Source: Euprymna scolopes
Lineage: Eukaryota
Strand: one strand, 5' to 3'
DNA length: 64,000 nt
Assembly: GCA_053919585.1 (NCBI GenBank)
Contig: CM132788.1
The notes under the pieces are model-generated. The model had not been told where the DNA came from and searched no databases. It saw nothing but the letters and a program-made list of their open reading frames with translations. How positions within the stretch are numbered: the first letter of the stretch is position 1; each line of letters opens with the position of its first letter. Positions 1 through 12,359 of this stretch are shown in pieces. A program made the position numbers and the translations under genes.

Positions 1-313
1 AACTTCTTGTTTTCTATAGAAAGAGTTGCACTTAAGTTTGGTTGTTATTTATGAGGAAATGCCTAAAACGGAAAAGTACATCGTATTTTGTGGTTTCAGC
101 AAAAGCCTCAGTTCTTATGTTGTGGTTGGATGAGCTTGACTCGCTAGAGAAGTGAGAAAATATTATTTGAGCAGCGATATTACTATTGAAAACAGGAACT
201 ATGAATATTTTTTTGTAACACAAGCAGTTTAATATGGTACGGATATTGTGTTGCATGTTAAATTGTAGAATTTTTCTTATTGACTGCATTACTGCTACTG
301 AACGATACAAAAA

Positions 314-655
314 ATGGAAGATTTATCTCGAATGTTTATGCAATTTTAGCAGACGCAACAAAAGGCGCAATCCGAGCTAGATGCACGTAGAGAGGAGAAA
401 TTATTGAAATGGCAAATGGAACAAGAAGAAAGGCAGAAGAAATCACAATGTGAATATGAAGAAATGCAAAATGAACGTTTTGCTAAAATACTGGAACTAT
501 TAAAGACTAATCGAGAAAATGTCGACAGTACTACTTTCTCGCATACACCTATATTTAATAGCATGGGACACATTTATTTATGTGCCGGAGGAAGAAAAGA
601 CTTTTGAAGCATACTATACAAGATACGAGGATGTCTTTCAACTGGACTGAAAATA
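314..655 (+). mobile_element. Ty3/Gypsy (Mag/K02A2.6-like) gag N-terminal remnant
   Basis: ATG at 314 gives MEDLSRMFMQF*QTQQKAQSELDARREEKLLKWQMEQEERQ (coiled coil). After a frameshift it reads FIYVPEEEKTFEAYYTRYEDVFQLD, matching the F.Y.PE...TFEAY..RYED.F motif of this gag type. It abuts the Penelope RT. Confidence 0.65.
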
Positions 656-1950
656 GAAAATTGCTTATGTTTGATATAGATTCATATTACCCCTCTAATT
701 CACCAAATCTCTTCGAGGAAGCACTAGAACTAGCTAGAAAATTAGCAATGATAACAAATTTAGAATTAGACATTATAAGACTAGCACGAAGAACTCTAAT
801 TAAATATGATAACAAACTATGGATCAGAAAGAACAGAAACCTCAATTTTGCCGTCACAGTGGGGGTCAGGATAGTGCACAAGAAACATATCTTGTGGGTC
901 GTTATATACTAAATGAACTATATAAAAAGATTCCAGGACTAAAAGGAGGACTATACCGGGATGATGCATTATTCTACTTGAACTCAGCAAATATGTTATT
1001 AAAAAAATTATTCAGTAAACTGGACCTAGATATAACAATAGACCCAAACCACAAATGTGTAAACTTCTTAGACATAAACCTGAATCTAGACAATAACTCA
1101 TATGAACCCTACTATAAACCCAACCAAACGCTATTCTACATGGATCACAAGTCCAACTATCCGAATAGTATGAAAATAGCATTTTTACCTAGTATCTCAA
1201 ATAGAATATCCAAAATATCACAAAATGAAGAATTATTCAATAAAAACAAGGAATATTACAATCAAGCCTAAGCTAGATCAGGATATATAGAACAAATTAA
1301 ATTTGTTAAGGAAACTGAAAAGAATAACATAGGTACAGAAATAACAATAAACAATGCAAATGTAATATCTTACAACATGTCGATGAGGAAAAAGAAAAAA
1401 AGGAAAAAAAAAAGAGCAAAAACAAATGAAAAAAAAATACAATAAACACGAAAAAGCAAAATTATAAGATAGACCATAATAAAACTGAAAGAGAAGTTAA
1501 AAAGAAAAATAGAAGGAAAAGCCAGACGTGGTTACATCCACCGTTCAGTCACCGTATAAAAAATAACATCCTAAGGGAATTTTAACAAATCATAGAAAAA
1601 ATCCCGCAAGATAGTAAACTATGTCAGATAATTAATAAAAACACTGTTAAGCTATCCTTCCCAACGTCTGCTTACTTAACAAATATCATTATTGGCTCAA
1701 ATAACACAGAATTAAACACATTTAGAAAAACAGAAAAAGGGCAGAAAATGAATCTAACAATGTAAAAGAATGTAACTGCCGGGACACTAATGAATGTCCA
1801 ATGAGGGGGAACTGTTTAACTTCAAACGTAGTATACACATGTGGCGTGATAACAAATAAAGAAACTAAAGTATATCTAGGGGGCATCGGAGCTTGCTTTT
1901 ATGGCAGATGTCGTAATCACCTAGCATCGTTCAAAAATGAAACTGAGAAA
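656..1950 (+). mobile_element. Penelope-like retroelement remnant (RT + Cys linker + GIY-YIG endonuclease), frameshifted
   Basis: LLMFDIDSYYPS, GGLYRDDAL (RT catalytic), VNFLDINLNL..YEPYYKPNQTLFYMDHKSNYP (thumb), WLHPPFS, CNCRDTNECPMRGNCLTSNVVY..KVYLG..FYGRCRNHLASF (GIY-YIG). Confidence 0.9.
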
Positions 1951-2370
1951 GAAAACAACACAAAAAATAACGAAAACAACAACAATGTAAATAAAAATAA
2001 AAACAACGGTAGAAAGATCATAACAATAGTGACAACCACAATTACTATAACGAAAATAGAAACAGAACCAATAGTAATAACGAAAACAACAACAAAAATA
2101 CGAAAGTACGGGTAAAAACGGAAAACTATCTTTGCATAACACCAAAAGATGGAGGAAGTGTGGAAATCTTTTTACCCGAATACGATGTCCAACATGATCC
2201 AAATATACCATTTGTTGTAAAAATCTAATAGATAAACATCTGAAGAAGTTGCTATTTTTACGGAAACATAAAACGTAAAATTGCCAACTCATTAATGAAA
2301 CAGCTGTAATGGAAAACTCCAGGAAATAAACGAAGGTTATAAAACGAAAACGCGAGTCTTTGAATTTTAA

Positions 2371-2517
2371 NNNNNNNNNNNNNNNNNNNNNNNNNNNNNN
2401 NNNNNNNNNNNNNNNNNNNNNNNNNNNNNNNNNNNNNNNNNNNNNNNNNNNNNNNNNNNNNNNNNNNNNNNNNNNNNNNNNNNNNNNNNNNNNNNNNNNN
2501 NNNNNNNNNNNNNNNNN
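2371..2517. other. Assembly gap (others at 14759-14908, 17957-18207, 20413-20558, 39954-40102, 55115-55261)
   Basis: Runs of N. Confidence 1.
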
Positions 2518-2650
2518 TATATGGCCATATACATTTTATAACTTACTACCTAGCTCTACTTACGTATTGAGCACTGTTGAAGTAAATACTTAAAGTGTAC
2601 GCATAAATCTATACTTTCGTAAATTAATTAATGTGATTAAATGAAGTAGT

Positions 2651-2653
<3 letters not shown>

Positions 2654-2704
<51 letters not shown>
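2654..2704. repeat. (TA)n microsatellite, one of many in the window
   Basis: Seen directly. Similar tracts at ~6494, 18740, 19668, 27393, 28587, 34597, 39263, 39820, 40913, 45399, 56431, 61018, 61341, 62598, 62884, 63817. (TTA)/(TAG) tract at 4497-4578; (AAT)n at 50579-50650. Confidence 0.95.
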
Positions 2705-2706
<2 letters not shown>

Positions 2707-2752
2707 ATGCATTTATTTTAACACGTCAGTCTTCATTTGGTTTCAATACTGG

Positions 2753-4537
2753 TGTAATGAGAACAGGATAAGATATTCCGTCCAGTTATCTTTTATTTAA
2801 TTAAGCCTCTTACTATTCGCCTACTTGACAAGCTGAAATGTACGGCCTTGATAGCTTGGATTTTCCAAGAGGATATTATCTATATTCACAACATTCTTCC
2901 CCATCAATTTTGTCACTGATAGGGAAGAATATCCCTTAACTACCCAGGTCTCCTACGAGATCGAAGTGACCGCCTCTCCAGTCTATGTTTCTTGGTCGAA
3001 TTACTCAAACAGGGAGGCTCTTTACTGCGAGTCTCTATGTGGGCTCTAAAATACCTCGCTCGGAAATATTTCCTTCTTAAAGGAGCAGGCCGTTCCACGT
3101 CACAGTCAGTCTCAGTATGAACACGTTTTTTGTGCTAGTCCTTCGTCTCTCATGGATTCAGGTGTTAGCTCATCCAAATTGTCTTACTAGGTCATAACAG
3201 AGACAGTTACATTAGATGACGTGGCAGGAGCAAATTTCAGAGCTATGATCTACCGCAGAGCCTTTAGTATCAGAGACAGTTTATTTGTACTCAGTGGCTC
3301 TCCACGCTCCTGATACGTCTCCGGCGAGTCATAGATCTCTGAGATACATATTAGACTATCTACCCTCTTCTATACCGTACTAGCGCGTACTAAGTTTCTG
3401 CCTCTATCAGCTTTACCTCGTCCACCAATAAATCGGTCTTGGCGTTACCGGCATATCCTCTCAAAACACAGTACTGAACTGCGTCGATGAAAAGGTAAAA
3501 AAACTTTCATGGGGGTGGTATTCTTGTCGGTACACAATAGGTATCGAATAACTTATAATTCGACTAGAAGGAGATTTTCCGACTTATCAGTCGATGTCCG
3601 TTTTTTATGCAGCCAAGTGAATCGTCTTGCGAATAATGCCGCTATATATTTCGCAGTAGCCGTTGCCCTTAGGGTTGTGAGGAATTGTTCGACTTATAGC
3701 TACTTCTTGTTTCTGTATAAATCACCGAAGCTGCTCTTACATTAAAAAGCACCTCGACTCGAAGGTGTATAGGCAGCGAATCAAAAGACGGCGAATAGTG
3801 AGCAGAGATATTGTATCATTGCAGTACCCGGTATGCTTGAGCTAGGGAAGGATAACAGGAAGCCGTCAATATTCGTCAGAAACATTTATTATATATCGCT
3901 TCCTTGTTTTGCTTGGTAAATAAAGACTGAGCCTTTCACACTGTTGTTTGCTCTTGTTTAAACGCCAGTTTTTGTTTTTTGGTGGGGGAGGTGAGGTTAT
4001 AAATTTGACGCTGTTTTCAAGCAGAATTACTGTTAAAGTTCGTATTTTTTTTATTATGGACCCATACTGTAACCTGGACAATATACGCAACTGTGCCTTC
4101 CAGTTTCTTATCTGTAATGAATTAGTCGAGCAGTTTTTTAGAAGCTGGCTACCACTTTCGTAACATCCCGCGAAATTGATATAGCATACCGTTTGCTTCG
4201 AAAGATGTGTAAAGTTTTTTCTCTAGGTTTGATTGCGATCTGATGTTACGTTCTTTTCAAGAACGCAGTGCTAAACATACGATATTTAGCTATTTCGCCA
4301 AACATTTTATCCATCCTGGGTAGTGAGAAGACGTTCCAAAGAGTAGCTCCATTCATGCGCTGGGGTATTCGATAACCATTCTCTTTTTATGGCTTTTAGA
4401 AGTGTTTATAACTTCCTGAGCCCTCCATGCTGATTTTCTAGGCTCAATTATACCATCCTTGAGTAGTTTTTGTTTTTACCCCAAAGGCAATGATTTATCA
4501 TTATTATTATCATTATTATTATCATTATTATTATGAT

Positions 4538-4578
<41 letters not shown>

Positions 4579-5594
4579 TAAGAAAAACGTTTGCTTCTGA
4601 CTGCTATGAGTTTGGAGTTTTTAAGTTAAGTTTTTGTAAAAGGACGAGCACTGAACCTTTACTGTCGCCGATCCACAAAAGTTTAAGGCAGGCATTGAAC
4701 CGCTAAGCGGATGTTAATCTGTGAGTATAGCTTCAATAAATCGTGCCCCCTTATTATTTCGCAACAAAATTTTTCATTACGGATTAAATTATTTTATAGG
4801 AGAAGTCAGTAAATAGTAATGCCAACAACAATAATCACTTACTTGTGCTGACAATGACGCGTTATTAATTGTTACCCTGCGGGGGAAGGGCAAAATACAA
4901 TTTTGGGGGGTGTACGCTGCTTTCTTTGATAAAATTTTCTGAGCTTCCGGTATCGACCAGAGTATCTGCAGATCTGTGATTTTCACTTTTACAATGCTTT
5001 TTGAAACGCAGTCAGGGGAGACGACCTAAGTTGCAGTTGTATTTTGACAGTTGGCTTTGTATAGGGGTTTAGAAGACTTGCGTGACCAAGTTTTCCACAT
5101 TTCGGAAAATGAGTATCTCTATGAGACCATAAAACTAGTAGATGTATACAATAGCCGCACAAATAGCAGGTGACCCTTTCTAAAAACGGCATTACCTGAT
5201 TATTCTTGAAGCTTCGTAAGAGTGTCGTCATGAGGAGGGTAGGATCGATTGTTTCTTTGTAGTACGGCACTCAGAATTAATTTCGTTGATTGTGGAGAGA
5301 GGTAGATTGTTAGGAGCGCAGGTTTAATGATGGAACATCCCGGTCTTTCCGAATATAGAACATCGATAAAATGTGTAAATTTCTCCCTCCCCAATATTTA
5401 CAGAACCTGCCGGCTGAAGCGCTTTCCGGATCTGGGGTAAATCCCTCCCGAAATTTTTCCATTTTTAATTGAATAAATTGTAATGAAAACAGGACACAAG
5501 ATTTTACTCCTCTAATTGACAAGCTTAAACGTACAACTTTTATAGCTTGGATTATCGTGGATTTTTAAAGAGAAGACAATCCCTCTGCACAACA
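2753..5594 (-). mobile_element. Internally deleted, decayed Ty3/Gypsy LTR retrotransposon with both LTRs
   Basis: Minus strand: gag start MEKFREGFTPDPESASA..W, zinc knuckles CYLCG..H / KCGKLGHA, RT (LPRMDKMFGEIAKYRMFST..HQIAIKP), integrase (AISRTIPHNPKGNGYCEIYSGIIRKTIHLA). Diverged TG..CA LTRs at 5479-5594 and 2753-2893. PPT GGGGAAGAA directly before the 3' LTR. Confidence 0.85.
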
Positions 5595-6490
5595 ACTAAT
5601 CATACATTGCATGTATTAGGACTAAAATTACCACTGTAAAATAGGCATATAATAAATAAATCAAATTATCTTACGTGTATATTCAACCATATCTTAATGT
5701 CCAGCTGTTGAATAAAAGCAAGTTTTGTCAAGTATGCATTTTTCTACCAAATTAAACTTAGATATATTTACTTAAGATTCTCCCTGGTTGGAATTTAAAA
5801 TATTGTTCTTATCAAGCACAAACGTTCTTGAAGTAGCAAAACTATATTATTCTATGAATAAATTATGCAATGAAAAATATCAATGCATTTCAGCCTGAAA
5901 AACAACAATTCTTACCCCGTTTATGTCATAGGTCTTTGATGGAATGGGAAAACTGAAGTAACAAAAGGCGTAGGAGGGTTACAAATATCACGTTCTATTT
6001 GGGGGTTATAAATTAACCAATTATTTTATCTAAATATACTTTCTCATATACAAACACCCCCATCTTTTTCTTTTCTATCTTTAATATCAAGGTTCTATTG
6101 TTCACTAGCACCATAAAGTTGTATAATGCTATACACAGTCATCAGTAAAGGAAAATAGTAAACTGCATTACGCGAGTAACAAAGTCATGCTTCGTTTTGG
6201 AATTACCAAAAAAACAGTTTTCCATTTGAAAGTTTTCTTGAGATAAAAGAGTAATTTCAAGGAGTAAATATTAGTTTACGAGTATAATGATCATTGGAAA
6301 AATGTGCACTCTCTTTCCAGATATATTTATCCTGAATAATCAGTATTTGAGAGTCTAGATGCATATTTAATCTGGCGGTAATGAGTCGGGCATTAAAATT
6401 CCAACGTATGCCATGCATGTTCCCTGCAGTAACTGAACCCTGAGATAGATTTGCTTAACAAGACTTGAAACTATTTCTAAAAACATAATG

Positions 6491-6540
<50 letters not shown>

Positions 6541-7041
6541 TAGTTCTGTAGACATATATTTTCTTAATATATCAATCCGTATATAAAAAAGCTCAATGTG
6601 ATTTCAAAGCAATACATAGAATAAATGACAAAAAAAAATGATATTCCAAAATTCATGATGTTGACCATCTTACAATTTATTCCTTTAATTTAGTTGACTT
6701 ATACAATTCTTGGCACTATATGTTTCGTAGCGCAAAATCTATCTCTTAATTATTATATCAATCAGTGAGTCTATTATGCCCTAAACTTATCAGAAGAAAT
6801 AGCAACAATCAATCCGTCAAAAGGAATTGAAATGTGATTTGACATGGAAAAATCCGAAAATCGGAAGAGATACTGTAACTACCTTTTTATTTTTCCATTA
6901 CGCACTTTTGAATTCAATATGGCGTAATATTCACGTTTTACATGTTTTGCGAGGGCTATTGGTTAGTCTACTTAATTTGTCTCGTCGCCTCTTTATCCTC
7001 CGTCTAGTTTTCTTCGAAGTTCGCCTTTCTCTTACGCATAG

Positions 7042-7466
7042 CTCACCTGAACACCGTTTATTCCCTGACATTTTCCCACGATCTAATGTTGGTAAGTGTC
7101 ACGGTGCGGTTTAGTATGTCCTTGTTGCATATTTTCAATGCCTTCTTTTCTTGTCTCCCAATGATCATTTAATCATATAAGTGTTTTTCTTGGGGAGCTT
7201 AAAAATGTATTCTGTTAAAATATCCTATCCAGCCGGGGCACAGATGGATGATTTTAGCCTTGACCCTACTCACTGTTGCTCTGTTTAGCATTTTTGTATC
7301 TGTGGTGTGGTTCTACCAGAAAATGGAGCAGCATTGTTCGGAACGTTCTAAAATTTTTCCTACGCTTCAATATTGGATCCATGTTTCGCAAGAATATAAA
7401 AGGATTAGGAAAACTACTGTCTGGAAAGCCAGGATTTTGTTCACCATTAGTTTTTCGTGGTTGTAA
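7042..7466 (+). CDS. Candidate host exons (7042-7091 and 7233-7466), possible single-pass membrane protein fragment
   Basis: Pyrimidine-rich acceptor ..cttacgcatag, donor G|GTAAGT at 7092, acceptor ccag at 7232. The in-frame join gives HLNTVYSLTFSHDLML|PGHRWMILALTLLTVALFSIFVSVVWFYQK.. No recognised homology. Confidence 0.2.
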
Positions 7467-9245
7467 AATATGTCGCAATTAAACGAGCAAATGTAGGTTG
7501 CATTGATTATAGTCTATATGTGTTTTCTGCATGTGGGTGTTGATGTTAGATAGCTCCCTTTAGAGGTAATTTAATATACTTGCTATATCCTATTTTAACG
7601 TCGATTAATATATACAAAACTTAAGGCAGATATATTTCATCGTTGTTAATAATTGAATATAGTATAAAATCGATGAATCAAATTATGAAACATCAATCGT
7701 TTGAACCCATCAAAATAAGAACCTGGGCTGAAGCTATGAAGATGAGAATTACAGGAAATAAGATACCAAGATATTTGCCTATAATCTCCGTCGAATAGAA
7801 CGAAAGCTGTCGCTAGGACTCGCCTTTTCCGTACTTGCAACTGGAAGTTTTGTCCTTGATATAATCAAATAAACTTTAAATCATGAATATAAATTGTAAC
7901 CGAAACTGTGTTAAGATTTCTGACGTAGTGGATAGGGTTGCGTTTATATCTGAAGTAAACACTTTGTGACACACTCGATAAAAGTATAAGTTCTATTTGC
8001 GAGGAGTAATAAGCATTTATTAATTGAAAAGTATTCCTTAAATTTGTACAAAGCAAGCTGAAGAGCCACATGCCATGAATAGGAAAAATAGTTGCGTGTA
8101 CCAATCTTGCGACCAGCTTATACAAAACCATATAAGCACCACAAAAATACAAATAAGCTGCAGAGATGTGTTATTCTAACATATGCAAATAAATAACAGA
8201 AGAATATTGCAAAGAGTAAAATATGAGTAGCTGAAGATCATTTGCACCTCTCACCCGTAAGCCTTATGCCTTTGTTCTTGTTTTACTGCTATATATTTCG
8301 GAATTCTTCCGAGTGTATACTTATAGCGAGTAGCGGTAAGATTTTCTGAAAAAAAAAACATGGTTAATCAGTATTTTGTAAGGGCATATAACTCCGGAAC
8401 AAAGTGTTGATAGGCCTATCTATCATTTGATCTCGTTATGCACTGTTATGCACTCTACTATATGGCACGCCTTCTATTATTTATTTACTAGCCATGCCCT
8501 TAGAAATTCCATGAACTGAGAAATGTATGAAATCATCATTTATCATTTCTGAATTGTGTATAATACTGATTTCTTGATAGAGACGCAATAACACGCAGCT
8601 AATATAAAGACAATGTTCATTGTATTTTGAATATGGAACTGTCTGAACCGAGACAAATAATAAGTACCTATGAATAAGAATACAGTAATATTGTTCAACA
8701 TTGTTCAAGACAAAGAATTATATCACATTGCGGGAGACATCGTTAATTTATTCCAGCACACCTAGGCAGCTAATGTTCATTTTTGCCTTGTTACTTTCGA
8801 ATGTTTCCTATTTTTATCAACCGTTCGAATTGACGTATTTCCTCCAGTAAAAGATCGCTGCAGTTCGGAATTAATTCGAGTTAGTTTCTTACATCATTAC
8901 AACAATTCTCCTACATTGTCATTATTATATTTTGAATGAGATAATATCAAAATTAGGTAACTTTCATATTCTTACCAAAGGTAGCGAAATTAGCCCATTT
9001 TACATCCAAATTCTGCATATTTGACATACTTTTTCCGAAGCAGTTTGGCTTTAAAAGCTGTATTAGGTCTTTTGAAAAGCATAACGTATGGACTAACTAA
9101 GAAAGTCTCGCGCAGAATGTAATACATATATTAATTCTTACCTCCGTCACATTCCCTCTATTAGTTACTTCTTTTTTTTCGTCTTTTCTTTGATGTGCTC
9201 TTGCCATTGTATTTGCATTCAACATTTCTTTCGCCCTCTTTATTT

Positions 9246-12070
9246 TGTGAAAAAAGTGATTAATTATTGCTCAAAAGGATAGAAAGAACGGTGTGCATTT
9301 ATCTTGCTTACTAACCAAAAGAGATTGTTTTGCCTTCTCAGCTTTGTTTCGTGCTGGATTCACAGAGAACGTATGAGGATCCACTTAGTGATTTTTTTCC
9401 ATACAGTGATGTGCAAAGGGGGTTAGAGAATTGTTCGGGGTGGATAAGCTGGGAATAAAAGAACAAGGACTAACTGATTATGATCAACAGAAGATTGCGC
9501 TCGTCAAACAATCCATCTTGTTTAAAGACAGCAATTATTACGATCAGTTGGCCTGGGAGCAACATAAATATCGCGTGCCCCCTCCAACCGTGCTGTCGCC
9601 TTGCTCATATTAGAACATATAACGCAAAACCTGGAGGGGAAACAGCTTTACCAGTACTATTTTCAGCAGAAGGAACAGGCGGATATAATAGAGGAGATTT
9701 TTGTGCCTACTCAGAGATTTAATGATCATTTCGATTCCCCATAGACCGGCTGTGAAATTGGACCCGACTACGACTACAAAAATTCACCCAGTATTTAACT
9801 CCATCTTTGAATAAAGCTACTTACCAGGGAGTCAATTTAAGTAACTTGTTGGCTTTCTGCTCACTTTCCGCTCCAACAATCATGTTGTGTTGGCAGACAT
9901 CAAGAAGGCCTTCTTGATGATCCGCCTGAAGCTGGGATCAGATGATAAATGGTTCTTTTTTAGGAGTGCGAACGACTACGTTGTTTTCGATACAACATAA
10001 CCATTTTGGGGTTTGCTTCCAATTTCTTTTTAGTTTAAATTAGGTTCTCCGGTATCATGCTGCGCAGTTTCCCAGTGAAAACTGCAGATTTATGAGGGAA
10101 AATCGCTTTTATGTAGATAATCTCATCATGTCTAGTGATAAACCAGAGGAGCTGTGTGGATTATATACCCTCTCTCGGGAGCGGTTTCATCAATGCGGCT
10201 TTTAACTACCATCTTGCAATTCTGACCATGTAGGAATTCGAAGCAAGATGGAGGAGCATGGTGTACTGATTGTTCATGGCAGTGGTTGGGAAAACTACTT
10301 AATTATCGGTACTGTCCGACACGCTTCGATTGGCTGCGGTTACGTGCAACCCTGCCAGAGTCTATGATCCTTTATCATTGTGCTTGCCCGTTTCACTGCA
10401 AGGTCGTAGTCTGCTAAGCAAGCTTTGGGAGAAAGAATTAGGGTGGGATGTGCCGTTCCACCTGATTTTGTTTTCTTACTGGAAGAAACTTTCTTCAGAT
10501 TTCCCCGGATTAGGGACCATTTCCTTTCACCTTAAGACACTCAGTGAGAGTGAACCCGGCGAATTCTTTGTATTTTCTGATGCCTCTCTGGAAGCCTATG
10601 CGTTCGCGGCATATGTGGTACAGAAGTGTCGATCTTGTTTGGTATTTGCCAAAGTTAGGGGTGCTCCTTTGAAAAAGAAAACACTTCCTACTCTGGAGCT
10701 CATGGCTGTGTTCCTGGCCATGAAATTCCTACCTACGATTCTAAGAAACTTTGGAGGGTTCACTCCCTCTGAGATCCACGTAGCCACAGATTCTCAAGTG
10801 GTCCTCCTTTGGCTCATCTCGAGCACCATCACGAGCAAGAACCTGTTTGCCCGAAATAGACTGAAAAATATTCAGCAGATGAACGTTGAATTGGAAGCCA
10901 CGCTCAGTGTATCCCACCTTTCGGTATATTCAAACGACAGAGATCCCCGCCGATTTAATCACAGGGCGAATGTCGTTGGAAACGTTCAAAACCTGCTTCC
11001 AGTTCTGGTGCTATGGTCCTAGTTGTTTGAGTAGTGGCACCAAATCCTTGGGATACTCAAGACTTGTCATGTTTCGACAAACGTAACCAAGGTATATCTC
11101 GTGCATCTTAGAATTCTACGATCCTCCATGAGAGAGGAAAACCTTCTGTTCTGCCTTTGGAACGGATCTCTTCATTTAATAAACTCTTGGGTGACTTTGT
11201 ATTACTTGGGTGTTTTTTTTAGATCTGAACGATGACGATTTTGCCTCCCACCTCCCACTGCCCACCCAGTCGAGAAATGCTGCTAAGGACAATGCAGGTT
11301 CGGGATCATTGCCTGGAGGATGCCCGCAATATATGCTATAATGAGTACCTGTTGAGCCCCCGGGAGAAACCCAAAAGGCGTTCTAAAGTGTCCTTCCAAA
11401 ACAATAAAAGTTGGGGATGTTGTATCGGTTAGGAGTCCACATAGGTCTAGGCCGTTTTGAGTTCTTGGGATCATTTTGGAGATGATCTACGGAGAGGATG
11501 GGGTAGTCAAAGGTAATAGGTGGGGATGCGGTGCGTATCCACTCGTTATAAAACCTATTTCCCCTTGTATTATTCTTAAGTGGCGAGGACCAAGATGGAT
11601 CCATACCGGCATCGGTCGATAGGCCTGAGGATGGGATTACCGCTATTCCTCTACGATCAACACCTGCCAATTAATGAATTTGGCCTGTCCGATATGCTGT
11701 TCACCACAGGGTGATCAGGACATGATTTGTTGCGACGGATGTGATAACTGCTGTCACTTTCAGTATGTGCGAATCGAGTCTCCACCTCATGCTAAACAGA
11801 AATGGTATTGTCTGAGTTGTGCATCCCAGAGACGGTGGCGAGGTAGACCTAGCCTCCTCCCTGAATAATTAGTAACCAACAAAAATATATACTAAGCGGT
11901 TTACTACCTCGAGTAAGTGCATGCCTTATATTTTTTGTTTTCCTTCATTTTCTTTTTTTCCTGGGGAATGTGTGAAAAAATGGATTAATGATCACTCAAA
12001 GAGAAGAAGAGCGATCTGTATTTACCTAGCTTAGTAACCAAAAGAGATTGATTTGCCTTCTTAGCTTTTT
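9246..12070 (+). mobile_element. BEL/Pao LTR retrotransposon remnant (RT, RNase H, integrase C-terminus, PHD) with paired LTR starts
   Basis: LADIKKAFLMIRL, RFYVDNL (RT), LWEKELGWD, FVFSDASLEAYAFAAY..FAKVRGAPLKKKTLPTLELMAV (Pao RNase H region), EYLLS..IKVGDVV..RPF*VLG (integrase tail). A ~100 bp direct repeat at 9246-9350 and 11971-12070 (tgtgaaaaaa..taaccaaaagagattg..gccttct). PPT GGGGAA at 11963-11968. Confidence 0.9.
11674..11868 (+). pseudogene. PHD finger plus RGRP AT-hook-like motif inside the BEL/Pao element
   Basis: CPICCSPQGDQDMICCDGCDNCCHFQYVRIESPPHAKQKWYCLSC fits the C4HC3 PHD pattern with one Cys lost to Tyr. Followed by RRWRGRPS. Confidence 0.8.
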
Positions 12071-12359
12071 AACCCCCCCCAGATAAGATGATAGTAAATA
12101 ACATGCCCTTTTGGTTTTTTAAAAGGAGATTCTGTCCGGTTTTAGATTTTTAGATGCATTTGTGGCTATTGCCGGCAAAACTACTTTTTGATTACCTCAA
12201 CTTTGCTGACAAGAGATTGTTAACATATTGTCACGTCGCAGAAGAGCGGCAATTCTTCCGCAACTTGAGGTATGTGCACATTGCTTCCTTTTCTCGACTG
12301 AGCAGTCATTGGAATTTTAGGGAAAATTATTATTATTTTTTTTTTACAATTTACATTTG

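Noticed and set aside
7042-7091. HLNTVYSLTFSHD as a WD40 repeat
   Set aside because: Only 16 residues, and no other WD40 exons were found. The best in-frame continuation is hydrophobic, not WD40.
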